Source of the DNA: Pseudomonadota bacterium
GTDB taxonomy: Bacteria > Pseudomonadota > Alphaproteobacteria > Rickettsiales > UBA8987
Assembly: GCA_048498735.1 (NCBI GenBank)
Contig: JBEHXK010000004.1
Location: 2,283-66,282 of the forward strand
Direction: 5' to 3'
DNA: 64,000 nt
Shown here: positions 37,932 through 47,900 of the stretch, piece after piece
How the letters are laid out: the number at the start of each line of letters is the position of its first letter
Position numbering within the stretch: the first letter of the stretch is position 1
The notes under the pieces: model-generated
Told to the model about the DNA's origin: nothing
The model's input: the letters and a program-made list of their open reading frames with translations, nothing else
The model's database searches: none
Made by a program: the position numbers and the translations under genes

Positions 37932-39389
37932 ATGGGCAAGAAAATCACTATCATAGGTGCGGCTGGCAGATCAGGCTCCGATACTATATCAGAATTATTT
38001 AACAATAAAATTCTGAGTTATGGTGATGAGCTTGTTATGGTTGATATTAATAACCGGGCTAAAGGTCTGGTAGGTGAGGTAAAAACCCTCAGCGAAAATT
38101 CGGAAATAAGAGTGAAAATAACACCAGTTTCTGCAACAAAGCGTAATGAACTTGATAATATTGCCAATTCCGATGTCATAGTTATGTGCACAGGTACCGC
38201 ATTCCCAAAAGGCGGCTTTAAATCAAGAGATTGGGCTTTGTATAGAAATGATAATATAAATTCCTTCTACGCAAAACTCATTGGTGAGATATCCCCCAAT
38301 TCAAAAGTCGTGATCGATACTAATCCTCTTGATAATATGACCACGCAATTTTGTATTGATAGCAAAATGTCTGCGAATTTTATTATTGGAAAAGGTGGTG
38401 ATCTCGATACACAAAGATTACGAAGTTTCCTTTCACGGGCTATAACAAAAAAAATTCATATGTCTGATCTCGACATAAAATTCCATGAACTAGAAGATCA
38501 GATATTCAAGGAAACTGCCAAATATCCAAATGATATTTGCATGGTTGGCGAACACTCAGCTGAAAACATGGTTGCTGTGATCAATACTGAAATAAAGTTA
38601 TTAGACAAACCTATTAAAGAATTTCTTTCTTACAGTGAACTTTCAGAAATTATCCACGAAGCAAAGAATGTGGGCCCAAAAAGTTCTGAATTGCTGGAGA
38701 TTGGATCACCAAGTAAAGGCAGTGCCAGAATAAACGCTATACTGGTGAAAAAATTGTTATCCAATGAATCTAGCCTGGCTTATATCTCGACTGACATGAA
38801 AGGAAAATATGGCATTGAAGAAAGCATATTTAGTTGTTCCTTATGTAGAATCTCAAGCAAGGGTGTTGAAGATGTTATCGAGCTTGATCAGATAAAAAAC
38901 AATATTTCCATAAAAGAAGATTTCATGAGGGGCATTTCTTCTACCAAGCGCAAAATGGATAAGATAAAAAAATACCGAGAAATACGGGAAGTAATGGGTG
39001 AAACACCAGCTTTTGAAGCGTTGATAAAACAAGATGGCAAATTTATAATTTCTTATGAAAATGATCGCGCTGAGAACACTGAAAAACTTATGCATTTTTT
39101 GATGGGCTTTAAAGAACTAGCGCCTTTTTCTGAAAATATGAACCTAATTAAAACCAGCAGGAATTATGCCATATTTGAACATCCTGAACCTAAAGAGATA
39201 AAAGCCTTTTTAGATGATCTGGGTATAACTTCGTATTTTGATATTGAGAAACAATTGAAAGAAATTCAGGAGCAGTCAAAAGACTTGAAAGCCAAATTCA
39301 ATAAATTCATGAAATTATCAGCTCCAAAAACAGCAATAGATAACGCAGAAATCATAGAAAAAACCAAAGGTACAATGGTTAAAACTTAG
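37932..39389 (+). CDS. Divergent Ldh/Mdh-fold dehydrogenase-like protein with a ~150 aa C-terminal extension
   Basis: KITIIGAAGRSGS Rossmann motif. FKSRDWAL (cf. MSRDDL), IDTNPLDNMT (cf. NPVD), GGDLDTQRLRSF (cf. LDSARFR) and VGEHSAEN (cf. GEHG). The track starts at TTG 37902, and I prefer the ATG at 37932. The tail after ~aa 330 has no match I recognise. Confidence 0.6.
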   Translation: MGKKITIIGAAGRSGSDTISELFNNKILSYGDELVMVDINNRAKGLVGEVKTLSENSEIRVKITPVSATKRNELDNIANSDVIVMCTGTAFPKGGFKSRDWALYRNDNINSFYAKLIGEISPNSKVVIDTNPLDNMTTQFCIDSKMSANFIIGKGGDLDTQRLRSFLSRAITKKIHMSDLDIKFHELEDQIFKETAKYPNDICMVGEHSAENMVAVINTEIKLLDKPIKEFLSYSELSEIIHEAKNVGPKSSELLEIGSPSKGSARINAILVKKLLSNESSLAYISTDMKGKYGIEESIFSCSLCRISSKGVEDVIELDQIKNNISIKEDFMRGISSTKRKMDKIKKYREIREVMGETPAFEALIKQDGKFIISYENDRAENTEKLMHFLMGFKELAPFSENMNLIKTSRNYAIFEHPEPKEIKAFLDDLGITSYFDIEKQLKEIQEQSKDLKAKFNKFMKLSAPKTAIDNAEIIEKTKGTMVKT

Positions 39390-39391
39390 CC

Positions 39392-40600
39392 TCACTTACG
39401 TAGTGCTCCAAGTTTCAAACGCAGGCCATTCAGTTTAATGAACCCCTCAGCGTCACGCTGGTTATAAACCTGATCTGCTTCGAAAGTTACAAGATCCATA
39501 TTATACAGGCTGTCATTTGCTGATTTACGACCAACCGCATTCACTGAACCTTTGTAAAGCTTCAATGCAACTGTACCGTTAACACGCTTTTGTGATTCAT
39601 CGATCGCCGCCTGTAACATCTTACGTTCCGGGCTGAACCAATAGCCATTATAGATCAATGATGCATAGCGTGGCATTAACTCATCTTTCAGGTGAGCAAC
39701 TTCACGATCAAGCGTGATCGATTCTATTGCACGGTGAGCCTCAAGAAGAATAGTTCCACCCGGTGTTTCATACACACCGCGGGATTTCATACCGACATAA
39801 CGGTTCTCAGCTATATCGATAACACCGATGCCATTCTCGCCACCAAGCTTATTAAGCTTGGCAAGCAATTTCGCCGGAGATAATTTTTCACCGTTGATAG
39901 CAACAGGATCGCCTTTCTCGAAATCGATCTCTATAATAGTTGCCTTATCAGGCGCTTTTTCTGCCGGAACCGTACGGATCAACATTGCAGGGTCATATTG
40001 CGCCCAAGGATCTTCAAGAACCTTACCTTCATAGGAAATATGGAGCAGATTTGCATCCATCGAATATGGCGGCTCATTAAGCTTGCTTACAGGAACATCG
40101 ATCCCGTTCTTACGTGCATATTCCAGAAGTTTCGTGCGGGAGTTCAGATCCCACTCGCGCCAAGGGGCAATGATTTTAACTTCCGGCATGAAAGCAAAAT
40201 AGCCAAGTTCAAAACGAACCTGATCATTACCTTTACCAGTAGCACCGTGAGACACGGCATCTGCGCCAGTTTGTTTTGCGATCTCGATCTGGCGTTTTGC
40301 AATTAGCGGACGCGCGATCGAAGTACCAAGAAGATATTTACCTTCATATAAGGTATTAGCGCGAAACATCGGGAAAACGTAATCGCGGACAAATTCTTCT
40401 TTAAGATCATCAATGAATATTTCCTTAATACCCATTTTTTCGGCTTTGCCACGCACATGGGAAAAATCATCTTCCTGGCCGATATCAGCGGTAAATGTTA
40501 CCACTTCACAGTTATATTCATCCTGCAACCAACGCAAAATGACAGATGTATCCAGACCACCAGAATATGCCAATACGGCTTTTTTAACAGATTTTTTCAT
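39392..40600 (-). CDS. argG: Argininosuccinate synthase
   Basis: AYSGGLDTS motif, and [13 protein letters not shown]. The longest ORF starts at TTG 40627. The ATG at 40600 ([15 protein letters not shown]) is preferred. Confidence 0.93.
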   Translation of the reverse strand: MKKSVKKAVLAYSGGLDTSVILRWLQDEYNCEVVTFTADIGQEDDFSHVRGKAEKMGIKEIFIDDLKEEFVRDYVFPMFRANTLYEGKYLLGTSIARPLIAKRQIEIAKQTGADAVSHGATGKGNDQVRFELGYFAFMPEVKIIAPWREWDLNSRTKLLEYARKNGIDVPVSKLNEPPYSMDANLLHISYEGKVLEDPWAQYDPAMLIRTVPAEKAPDKATIIEIDFEKGDPVAINGEKLSPAKLLAKLNKLGGENGIGVIDIAENRYVGMKSRGVYETPGGTILLEAHRAIESITLDREVAHLKDELMPRYASLIYNGYWFSPERKMLQAAIDESQKRVNGTVALKLYKGSVNAVGRKSANDSLYNMDLVTFEADQVYNQRDAEGFIKLNGLRLKLGALRK

Positions 40601-40675
40601 ATAATTATTATAGTTTACAGTTCGCAAATCGGTTATAGGATTATATCTGTATAGTCTAGTGTTTTTTGAGAATTT

Positions 40676-41542
40676 ATGAGCAAATATATAAAAATCCTTA
40701 CGATCTCATTATTGCTTATATTGGCCTCTGGCCAAGCTCAGGCAGGGCTTTTTGATGATCGCCCATCCTTCCCTTCGATGGAAGGGGTTAAATCCTTACG
40801 TGATATTTCCTACGGCAGCGATAAAAAGCAGAAATATGATGTTTTCATTCCGCCTCAGGCAAATAACGCACCGGTTATATTCATGGTACATGGCGGCGGC
40901 TGGAGGGTTGGTGATAAAACCAATTCGCGTATAGTAGAAAATAAAGGTAATTATTTCCTTTCAAAAGGCTATATATTTGTATCCGTCAATTACCCGATGA
41001 TACCACAGGCCAATCCTGTCCAGCAACTTGGCAATGTTATGTCTGCCCTTGCCGATGCACAGAAACATGCAAATGAATGGGGTGGAAATCCAAATAAATT
41101 TATATTGATGGGGCATTCTTCAGGCGCACATCTTGCCGCCTTGCTAAATTCTAACCCACAAAAAATGCATGATGCCGGTATAAAGCCGGTTATTGGCGCA
41201 GTTATTCTTGATAGCGCAGCATTTAATGTCACAGAAATAATGGAAGCACCGCATTATAATCTTTATGATGGTGCTTTTGGCAAGGATAAGAACTTCTGGA
41301 TTAAAGCTTCGCCTATAGAACAATTAAAGGCAGGTGCAGCACCAATGATGCTGGTGTGTTCAAGCAAGCGTAATGATTCATGCGGACAGGCTTATGAATT
41401 TGAGGATAAAGCCAAAAAACTTGGTGTGAGTGTAAAAGTTCTACCTGAAGATAAAACCCACAGTGAAATAAACTTCGCGTTAGGGACGGAGGGTGATTAC
41501 ACAGAAGCCGTGGAAGGTTTTATAGAAAGCTTGCTGAAGTAG
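40676..41542 (+). CDS. Secreted alpha/beta-hydrolase (carboxylesterase/lipase-like)
   Basis: 288 aa. Signal peptide, HGGGW oxyanion motif and GHSSGA nucleophile elbow. Confidence 0.8.
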   Translation: MSKYIKILTISLLLILASGQAQAGLFDDRPSFPSMEGVKSLRDISYGSDKKQKYDVFIPPQANNAPVIFMVHGGGWRVGDKTNSRIVENKGNYFLSKGYIFVSVNYPMIPQANPVQQLGNVMSALADAQKHANEWGGNPNKFILMGHSSGAHLAALLNSNPQKMHDAGIKPVIGAVILDSAAFNVTEIMEAPHYNLYDGAFGKDKNFWIKASPIEQLKAGAAPMMLVCSSKRNDSCGQAYEFEDKAKKLGVSVKVLPEDKTHSEINFALGTEGDYTEAVEGFIESLLK

Positions 41543-41818
41543 TTATTCTGACTTTTGTTTAGTCATAACTTTGACCATTTTATGCTTTGCTGCATCCCAG
41601 CGATATTGTGTAACAACAACTTTCGTACCGGTGGTGATGATATCGCCGTTTTCCATCTGCAGAACATCATGGCCATGTTTCAGCGCATCGTTGATTATGT
41701 TCTGGCATGATTCAATATATTCATCCTCATAGATGAAATCTGTGTTGCCAGTTGAAGCTGATTTTTTCGGGATAGAATTAACTATGTCTTTTATGGATTT
41801 AGGCATCCTTATTCCCAT
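41543..41818 (-). CDS. Small hypothetical protein, overlapping the end of sspB
   Basis: 91 aa. Its start overlaps the sspB 3' end by 20 nt. No motif recognised. Confidence 0.4.
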   Translation of the reverse strand: MGIRMPKSIKDIVNSIPKKSASTGNTDFIYEDEYIESCQNIINDALKHGHDVLQMENGDIITTGTKVVVTQYRWDAAKHKMVKVMTKQKSE

Positions 41819-42305
41819 TCTTTTTTCTGAAACTATCCAAAGTTATCACATTTGATATGATTTTACCATCAGCATCTTTAAGTTCTTTCGATGCCGGCTC
41901 AGTTTTAACTTTCTCTGTCTCTTCTTTGTTAAGATAGTTCAGATTGAACTGCAAGCCGAAACGAACACTTGGATCTACAAATGAAGTAAGGGCTGCAAAT
42001 GGGATAGTGAGATTCTGCTTCACATGATCAAAACTCAGCACGATCGAGAAATAGTCATCCTCAACTTCCAAGTCATAGAATTGGTGCTGAATAACTATGG
42101 TCATTTCCTCAGGATATTTATTCTTCAGCGCATCTGATATCATTACACCTTCAGCATTAGTGCGGAATGAGATGAAGAAATGATGATCACCTGGAAGGCC
42201 GTTTATAACAGTTTCCTGCAGTACGCGGCGAACGACATAATGCATCGCTTCATCAATCAGTTTAGCGTAATCTATTTCACTTTTATCGGTCATATCTGCG
42301 CGCAT
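41799..42305 (-). CDS. sspB: ClpXP adaptor SspB (alphaproteobacterial type)
   Basis: 168 aa. IDYAKLIDEAMHYVVRRVLQ...GLPGDHHFFISFRT...VIQHQFYDLEV resembles alpha-type SspB. It has an acidic/Lys-rich C-terminal tail. Confidence 0.7.
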   Translation of the reverse strand: MRADMTDKSEIDYAKLIDEAMHYVVRRVLQETVINGLPGDHHFFISFRTNAEGVMISDALKNKYPEEMTIVIQHQFYDLEVEDDYFSIVLSFDHVKQNLTIPFAALTSFVDPSVRFGLQFNLNYLNKEETEKVKTEPASKELKDADGKIISNVITLDSFRKKNGNKDA

Positions 42306-42360
42306 ATATAATGTAGCTTATATTAACTCAAGGAATTTATAAACCAAAAATGTTTCAAAT

Positions 42361-43266
42361 TTAATCTAATCCCACCATAGCCCGGCCAAAATCTTCTGCC
42401 GAAAAACTTTTTAAGTCGTCAATCCCCTCACCTACACCCAGGCAATATATGGGCAATTTCAGCTGGTCAGCAAGCGCCACCACCGCTCCGCCCTTAGCCG
42501 TGCCATCAAGTTTTGTAACTATGATCCCGGTGATATTTGCAACCTCTTTAAATATTTCAGCCTGTGAAATTGCATTCTGCCCCGTTGTTCCATCCAGAAC
42601 CAGAATCGTCTGGTGAGGGATATTTTCATCATGCTTCTTTAGAACCCGTACTATTTTTCCAAGCTCATCCATCAAACCTTTTTTATTCTGCAAACGCCCT
42701 GCCGTATCTATAAATAACAGGTCAGAATTTTTAGCTTTAGCTTCGGCAAAGGCTTTATACGCAAGTGACGCAGGATCGGCATTTTGTTCGCCTTCAATTA
42801 TTGTGCTACCACTTCTTTGCGCCCAGATTTTCAATTGATCTGCCGCCGCCGCACGGAAAGTGTCACATGCTGCAACTATGGATGTTTTGCCTTCAGAAGC
42901 AGCTTGTGCCGCCAATTTACCAATAGTGGTAGTTTTCCCGCTGCCATTAACGCCAACAAACAATATAACCCGTGGACCGGTTTCAGGACGAGCAAAATCA
43001 ACCTTCGCTTCCAGTGGCTTTAATATTTTAATTATCTCTTCTGAAAGAGATTGCTTGATCTCATTTTCAGATATCTCTTTGCCGAAGCGATTTTGGGAAA
43101 ATTCCTGAACCAGCTTAATCGAGGTTTTAGGCCCAACATCAGCCAACATTAAGGCTTCCACCAGTTCATCCAACGTTTCGGTATCAAGCTTTTTCTTAGT
43201 TAAAACTGCGCTTATATTGCTTGAGGTTTTTGTAAGACCCTGCTTGAATTTATTAAATATACCCAT
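42361..43266 (-). CDS. ftsY: Signal recognition particle receptor FtsY (short form, NG domain only)
   Basis: 301 aa. GVNGSGKTTTIGKLA, DTAGRL and TKLDGTAKGG motifs. Confidence 0.95.
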   Translation of the reverse strand: MGIFNKFKQGLTKTSSNISAVLTKKKLDTETLDELVEALMLADVGPKTSIKLVQEFSQNRFGKEISENEIKQSLSEEIIKILKPLEAKVDFARPETGPRVILFVGVNGSGKTTTIGKLAAQAASEGKTSIVAACDTFRAAAADQLKIWAQRSGSTIIEGEQNADPASLAYKAFAEAKAKNSDLLFIDTAGRLQNKKGLMDELGKIVRVLKKHDENIPHQTILVLDGTTGQNAISQAEIFKEVANITGIIVTKLDGTAKGGAVVALADQLKLPIYCLGVGEGIDDLKSFSAEDFGRAMVGLD

Positions 43267-43425
43267 TTAAGCTTCTGTTTTTTAATTGAAAACAATCCGT
43301 ATATAAAATATACATCTTATCATATAGCATGGTTTTACACGCTATAAACTTAATGTAAATTTTTTTATTTTACAGTAGGGTTTTTGCGGCCAGATACGTA
43401 AATATTAATAAGAAAGGCAAATTCT

Positions 43426-43881
43426 ATGAAACGCATATTACAGTCATTTTCAGTTTTTATGCTTTGCGGCATTGTTATAGCAAGCCCTGCATTTTCTCAG
43501 GATGCCGGCAACCCACCTTCTAATGATAATGGGCCTCATCATGGCTTTGGCGGTGTTAATATTGACCCGGACAAAATGCAGCAGATGAAGGAGAAATATC
43601 AAAATGCTTCACCTGATGAACGCAAGCAGATGCGCGAGGATTTCAAAAAGGATAACCCGGAAGCATTTGACCGCATGCAAAAATTCCGTGATGAAATAAA
43701 AAATATGCCGCCGGAAGAACGTGAAGCACGCATTAAACAGAAACGTGAGGAATTTGAGCAGAAATGGAATAGCTCAAGCCCGGAAATGAAACAGAAATTC
43801 TGCCAGCACATAACTGATAGGTGCAGCAGTGGAGGCAAAATGGCCTGCACTATTGCGCATGATAAGTGCGGTGGAAGGTAA
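43426..43881 (+). CDS. Periplasmic helical repeat protein (DUF3106-like SP-D/E-E-R/M-K repeats) with a Cys-rich tail
   Basis: 151 aa. Signal peptide. Repeats SPDERKQMREDF, PPEEREARIKQKREEFEQKW and SPEMKQKF. The tail CQHITDRCSSGGKMACTIAHDKCGG has 4 Cys. It lies directly upstream of the ECF sigma gene. Confidence 0.5.
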   Translation: MKRILQSFSVFMLCGIVIASPAFSQDAGNPPSNDNGPHHGFGGVNIDPDKMQQMKEKYQNASPDERKQMREDFKKDNPEAFDRMQKFRDEIKNMPPEEREARIKQKREEFEQKWNSSSPEMKQKFCQHITDRCSSGGKMACTIAHDKCGGR

Positions 43882-43896
43882 AATATAGATATTGCC

Positions 43897-44460
43897 TTGT
43901 ATAGCACAAGTACAGACGAAGAGCTGATAAATCTTGCCGCGCAGGGTGACAGGGCGGCATTCAGCTATATCGTTGGAAGGTATGGTAGGAAAATGTATAG
44001 TTTGAGTTACAGGATTTTACAGAACAGCACCGCAGCAGAAGAAGCTGTGCAAGAAAGTTTTATCAAGGTGTGGAAACATGCTAAGGAGTGGAAAAAGGAA
44101 CTTTCAGCATTTTCTACCTGGCTATACCGTATAACTAGCAACACATGCATTGATCTGCGCCGCAAAGCCATTCGTCAAGGCGAACAAATGCTAAGTGAAA
44201 ACCTGGCTTCCGATTTCGATGATAAACAAATTGAAAGGGAAGAGATGGTGAAGTTCGTAGAAAGATTAATGCTGGAACTTTCACCGCAACAGCAAATGTG
44301 TTTAAATCTTTTCTATAAGGAAGAACTTAAACAGACAGAAATTGCGAAAGTGATGAATATTTCGGTCAAGGCAGTTGAGGGAAATCTTTTGCGTGGCAAA
44401 AGAAAACTGCTAGAAATTTTAAATAAGAAGGGAATCAAACTGGATGATTTTGCTTTATGA
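43897..44460 (+). CDS. ECF-type RNA polymerase sigma factor
   Basis: 187 aa. Region 2 reads AFSYIVGRYGRKMYSLSYRIL...AEEAVQESFIKVW. Region 4 reads LKQTEIAKVMNISVKAVEGNLLRGKRKL. TTG start. Confidence 0.85.
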   Translation: MYSTSTDEELINLAAQGDRAAFSYIVGRYGRKMYSLSYRILQNSTAAEEAVQESFIKVWKHAKEWKKELSAFSTWLYRITSNTCIDLRRKAIRQGEQMLSENLASDFDDKQIEREEMVKFVERLMLELSPQQQMCLNLFYKEELKQTEIAKVMNISVKAVEGNLLRGKRKLLEILNKKGIKLDDFAL

Positions 44461-44891
44461 GTAATAATATAAAAAACAATGAAACAATATTAGAAGGCCT
44501 GCTTTCCGATAAACGCCCGATAAAAGCACCGGATGGGCTTGAAGCACGCATAATGCAGCGCGTAAATAGCAATAAGGCAGAAAATAATTTTGTCTTCTTC
44601 GTATTCCGTAAGAACTATATGGTTTTTGCCTCTGTACTGACAGCCCTTGTAATGCTTTCAGCATATCTGAATTTCACCGCGCCAAGAACAGTGCAAAATG
44701 ATCAAGCATCAATTACTCAGGCTGATAATACAACTTCTGACGATCAGGAAATACAGCAGCTCAGTAATGAAGATGAATATTATGATATCGCAAACACTGC
44801 CCTAAGCCAGGCCGGTGATGATATAAACGTTGATGATGATGCACAGGATCTTGATGATCTGGATAGTTATATAGACTGGCTGCAATCTTAA
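44457..44891 (+). CDS. Putative single-pass anti-sigma factor
   Basis: 144 aa. It overlaps the sigma gene by 4 nt. It has a central TM (MVFASVLTALVMLSAYL) and an acidic periplasmic tail. No HxxxCxxC zinc motif. Confidence 0.5.
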   Translation: MSNNIKNNETILEGLLSDKRPIKAPDGLEARIMQRVNSNKAENNFVFFVFRKNYMVFASVLTALVMLSAYLNFTAPRTVQNDQASITQADNTTSDDQEIQQLSNEDEYYDIANTALSQAGDDINVDDDAQDLDDLDSYIDWLQS

Positions 44892-45554
44892 TCAGGCTGA
44901 TTTGCGGCTCACTTCAAATATACGCAGGAATTTTTTGAACGCATTTGCGCGATGGGAGATTCTCTGCTTTTCTTCTGAATCTATCTCGGCGAATGTTTGT
45001 ATATAATCATCGGGAACAAAAATCGCATCATAACCAAAACCTTTGCTGCCTCTAGGCGGGAATTGCAGATGACCGAAAACCTGGCCTTCGAAATTCTGTG
45101 TCGTACCGTCAGGTAAACATAATGATAGCAGGCAGGTGAAGTTAGCGCGTAAATTCTCACGTTCTTTTTCGGTGAGGGAACCACGAGTATTAACACTTAA
45201 ATCATTAAGCTTTTCCTCCACCATATTCATAGCCTTGTTGAAATCGCGCGGGTTACCTGCCCAATCAGCAGAATAAACGCCCGGCGCACCATCAAGCGCC
45301 ATAACTTCCAGACCAGAATCGTCTGAAAGTGCTGGAAGGCCGGTTTTTAAAGCATAGTATTTTGATTTTATCTCAGCGTTTTCGATAAATGTGGAACCGG
45401 TCTCGATAGGTTCAGGATAATCAAATGATGAGGCCGAGATCACCTCTATATCATAAGGCGCAAGCAGTTCGGAAATCTCTTTAACCTTACCTGCATTATT
45501 GCTGGCTATAACCAGTTTACTGCCCTTAATTTTTTTTGCTTCTTCTGCGGCCAT
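44892..45554 (-). CDS. rdgB: dITP/XTP pyrophosphatase (RdgB/HAM1 family)
   Basis: 220 aa. LVIASNNAGKVKE and GFGYDAIF motifs. Confidence 0.9.
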   Translation of the reverse strand: MAAEEAKKIKGSKLVIASNNAGKVKEISELLAPYDIEVISASSFDYPEPIETGSTFIENAEIKSKYYALKTGLPALSDDSGLEVMALDGAPGVYSADWAGNPRDFNKAMNMVEEKLNDLSVNTRGSLTEKERENLRANFTCLLSLCLPDGTTQNFEGQVFGHLQFPPRGSKGFGYDAIFVPDDYIQTFAEIDSEEKQRISHRANAFKKFLRIFEVSRKSA

Positions 45555-45601
45555 AAAAAATAATCATTCGATAATATTATAGAATAATTATTCCTGCCCA
45601 A

Positions 45602-46483
45602 TCAATCTTTATAATGTTTCTTATGGGAAATATTTGCAATAACGCTGCCGAACCTACCGAACATTGCGGAGAATATATAGAAGGCTCCAGCCGCAAGAAC
45701 TATTGCCGGACCTGATGGAATATCAAAATTATATGAAATCACCAAACCAGAATATGAGGCCAGAAAAGCAACCACGATGCTTGATATAACTATTTTATCA
45801 ATATTACGACTCCAGAAACCACATGCAATTGCTGGAAGGACTATGATTCCAAGCGCCATAAGCGTTCCCAGAACCTGAAACGCACATACAAGATTTAACA
45901 CCAACAGTAGAAAGAAAGTTTGACGAAGAATGTTTGAACGCTTAGCAAACTGCCCGGAACTGCCATCAAAACATTCAATTATAAGCCCACGATATATAAC
46001 TGATAAAATAACGGCCGATATTGTGGCCATTGCAGCAACCAGTAAAAGAGCATGATCATCAATTGCAAGAACATTGCCGAATAATATATGCATCAGATCA
46101 ATGTTGCTGCCATGAATTGAAACCAGCAATACACCAAGTGCCAGTGAAATCACATATAGGCCAGTAAAGCTTGCATCTTCTTTTAACAGGGTGAATTTTG
46201 TCAAGCCGCCCGCAATCATAACAATTATCATCCCGGCAATAAGTCCACCAACAACCATCGGCATTATAGAAGCGCCAAAAATCATGAATGCAACTGCAAC
46301 GCCCGGTAATATTGCGTGAGACATCGCATCACCAACCAGAGTCATGCGCCTTAGTGAAAGAAACACACCCAGTGGCGCACCACTGATAGAAAGTGCCAGA
46401 CATGCAGCCAGTGCATGGCGCATAAAACCATATTCAATAAATGGCTGGATCAAATGTGAATATAGTATCATGCCGCTGAACAT
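45602..46483 (-). CDS. znuB: Zinc/manganese ABC transporter permease (ABC-3 family)
   Basis: 293 aa polytopic protein. It sits downstream of, and overlaps, the znuC-like ATPase gene in a zur operon. Confidence 0.8.
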   Translation of the reverse strand: MFSGMILYSHLIQPFIEYGFMRHALAACLALSISGAPLGVFLSLRRMTLVGDAMSHAILPGVAVAFMIFGASIMPMVVGGLIAGMIIVMIAGGLTKFTLLKEDASFTGLYVISLALGVLLVSIHGSNIDLMHILFGNVLAIDDHALLLVAAMATISAVILSVIYRGLIIECFDGSSGQFAKRSNILRQTFFLLLVLNLVCAFQVLGTLMALGIIVLPAIACGFWSRNIDKIVISSIVVAFLASYSGLVISYNFDIPSGPAIVLAAGAFYIFSAMFGRFGSVIANISHKKHYKD

Positions 46484-47199
46484 ATTTCCGGATTGGCGGT
46501 GAAACTATCATTGGGGAAAGTTGCCCTTAAAAGATTTTCACGCGAAAGAGTTTCTGCAGAATTGCCCCATGCCACCGATTTTTTAGCCATTAAAAGACAC
46601 GAGGGAAAATATTTCCTGATCTGCTCAAAATCATGTAATACACATATAACCGTACGCTTTTCTTGATGCCAGTGCATTATCATATGCAGAAGTTTATCGG
46701 TTGTATCAGCATCCATTGATGTAAAAGGTTCATCAAGCAAAATTAGTTTTGCATCCTGCACTATCACGCGGGCGAATAAAACTCGCTGGAACTGTCCAGC
46801 CGAAAGTGATGCAAGATCACGCGTTTCAAAACCTTTTAAGCCCACCTGCTCTAAGCTCGCACTAATACGCTTTTTCATCTCTGTTGTTATGGATCTGAAA
46901 ATATTGTTTTTATGGATAAAACCAGTTGCAACAAGATGCATAACACTTAAAGGGAAATCACGCTGCATATCTGCATTTTGCGAAAGGAAAGCAATTTCTG
47001 ATTTTGGGAATGCTATTTCTATATCACCGCTAACATTCACAAGCCCGGCAATTGCTTTCAATAATGTACTTTTACCTGCACCGTTTGGCCCGGCAATTGC
47101 AGTTAATGACCCCTCCGCGAACTCACCGCTGATATGATGGATTGCAGGATGACGGTTATAAGCTACCGTTACGTTATTTAATTTTATCGCCGCACCCAT
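46468..47199 (-). CDS. znuC: Zinc ABC transporter ATP-binding protein
   Basis: Walker A GPNGAGKSTLL, signature LSAGQFQRV and Walker B LILLDEP. The longest ORF (to 47334) overlaps zur by 41 nt. The ATG at 47199 (MGAAIKLNNVTVAY) fits the family N-terminus. Confidence 0.85.
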   Translation of the reverse strand: MGAAIKLNNVTVAYNRHPAIHHISGEFAEGSLTAIAGPNGAGKSTLLKAIAGLVNVSGDIEIAFPKSEIAFLSQNADMQRDFPLSVMHLVATGFIHKNNIFRSITTEMKKRISASLEQVGLKGFETRDLASLSAGQFQRVLFARVIVQDAKLILLDEPFTSMDADTTDKLLHMIMHWHQEKRTVICVLHDFEQIRKYFPSCLLMAKKSVAWGNSAETLSRENLLRATFPNDSFTANPEICSAA

Positions 47200-47293
47200 T
47201 AGAACCCCACAGTCCATAAAACCATAAGCCACATGATGATCAGCAAAAAGCTGACGGCAAAAATTCTTTTTCCGGCGCTCCAGTAAAACATAT

Positions 47294-47695
47294 CTATCCG
47301 TTATAACAATCGCTGCACAGGCCTTTGACCTCAATAACTTCCTGCTCGATGTGGAATTTTTCCTTTTTGCAAAGTGAGGATATGATATTGCTTAAGGCAT
47401 GATCATGAAGTTCTGACGCTTTACCACACTTACGACAGACCGTGAATTGAGAAGAATGTTTATGCTGGTGCTCTTCACAATCATTATGGCATGAAACAAA
47501 TGCATTAATTGATTCAATGCGGTGCACCAACCCTTGTTCTGCCAAAGAATCCAGTGCGCGATATACTGTTGGCGGTGCTTTAATGCCGGATTTTGAAAGT
47601 TTTTCCATTATCTCATAGGCAGAAAGCGGCTTGCTGCTCTTATTAAGCAGATCAAAAACCTTTTTGCTGTTAGGCGTAAGCTTTTCTTGCGACAC
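47294..47695 (-). CDS. zur: Fur-family zinc uptake regulator
   Basis: 133 aa. Winged-helix region YRALDSLAEQGLVHRIES, plus HxxC...HQHKH...CRKCGK...CSDC metal sites. It is the first gene of the znuCB operon. Confidence 0.85.
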   Translation of the reverse strand: MSQEKLTPNSKKVFDLLNKSSKPLSAYEIMEKLSKSGIKAPPTVYRALDSLAEQGLVHRIESINAFVSCHNDCEEHQHKHSSQFTVCRKCGKASELHDHALSNIISSLCKKEKFHIEQEVIEVKGLCSDCYNG

Positions 47696-47721
47696 TTTAT
47701 TATCTCCTTGGGCGACTCGCT

Positions 47722-47738
47722 ATGTTATAACATAACAT
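47722..47738. promoter_or_regulatory. Candidate Zur box
   Basis: ATGTTAT-AAC-ATAACAT inverted repeat (cf. the Zur consensus core TGTTATA-N-TATAACA), 27 nt upstream of the zur start. Confidence 0.5.
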
Positions 47739-47868
47739 ACGATTTATACAAGCTTGTTTATCCTATTGATAATAATTAAATATCAGCCTTCCGCCAATAA
47801 TCACAAACCGTTATAATAATAGCTGAATATAAGCCTTTCATGAGAAATTAAACTTGCAAAAATCTCTG

Positions 47869-47887
47869 GAAAGTGATAATCATTCTC
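47869..47887. promoter_or_regulatory. Candidate Fur box upstream of tonB-exbB-exbD
   Basis: GAAAGTGATAATCATTCTC matches GATAATGATAATCATTATC at 16 of 19 positions. A second, weaker palindrome TGATAATAATTAAATATCA lies at 47767-47785. Confidence 0.5.
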
Positions 47888-47900
47888 AACTATAGATGAT

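Noticed and set aside
43267-43425. Search for an ECF-type promoter (GGAAC-N16/17-CGT) upstream of the ECF module; a CGTAA is present at about 43406
   Set aside because: No acceptable -35 element lies at the right distance.
47787-47795. 9-nt match (CTTCCGCCA) to the tRNA-Ser 3' end in the zur-tonB spacer, considered as a possible distal att site
   Set aside because: A 9-mer is expected by chance at roughly this frequency in 64 kb on two strands. The flanks do not extend the match.
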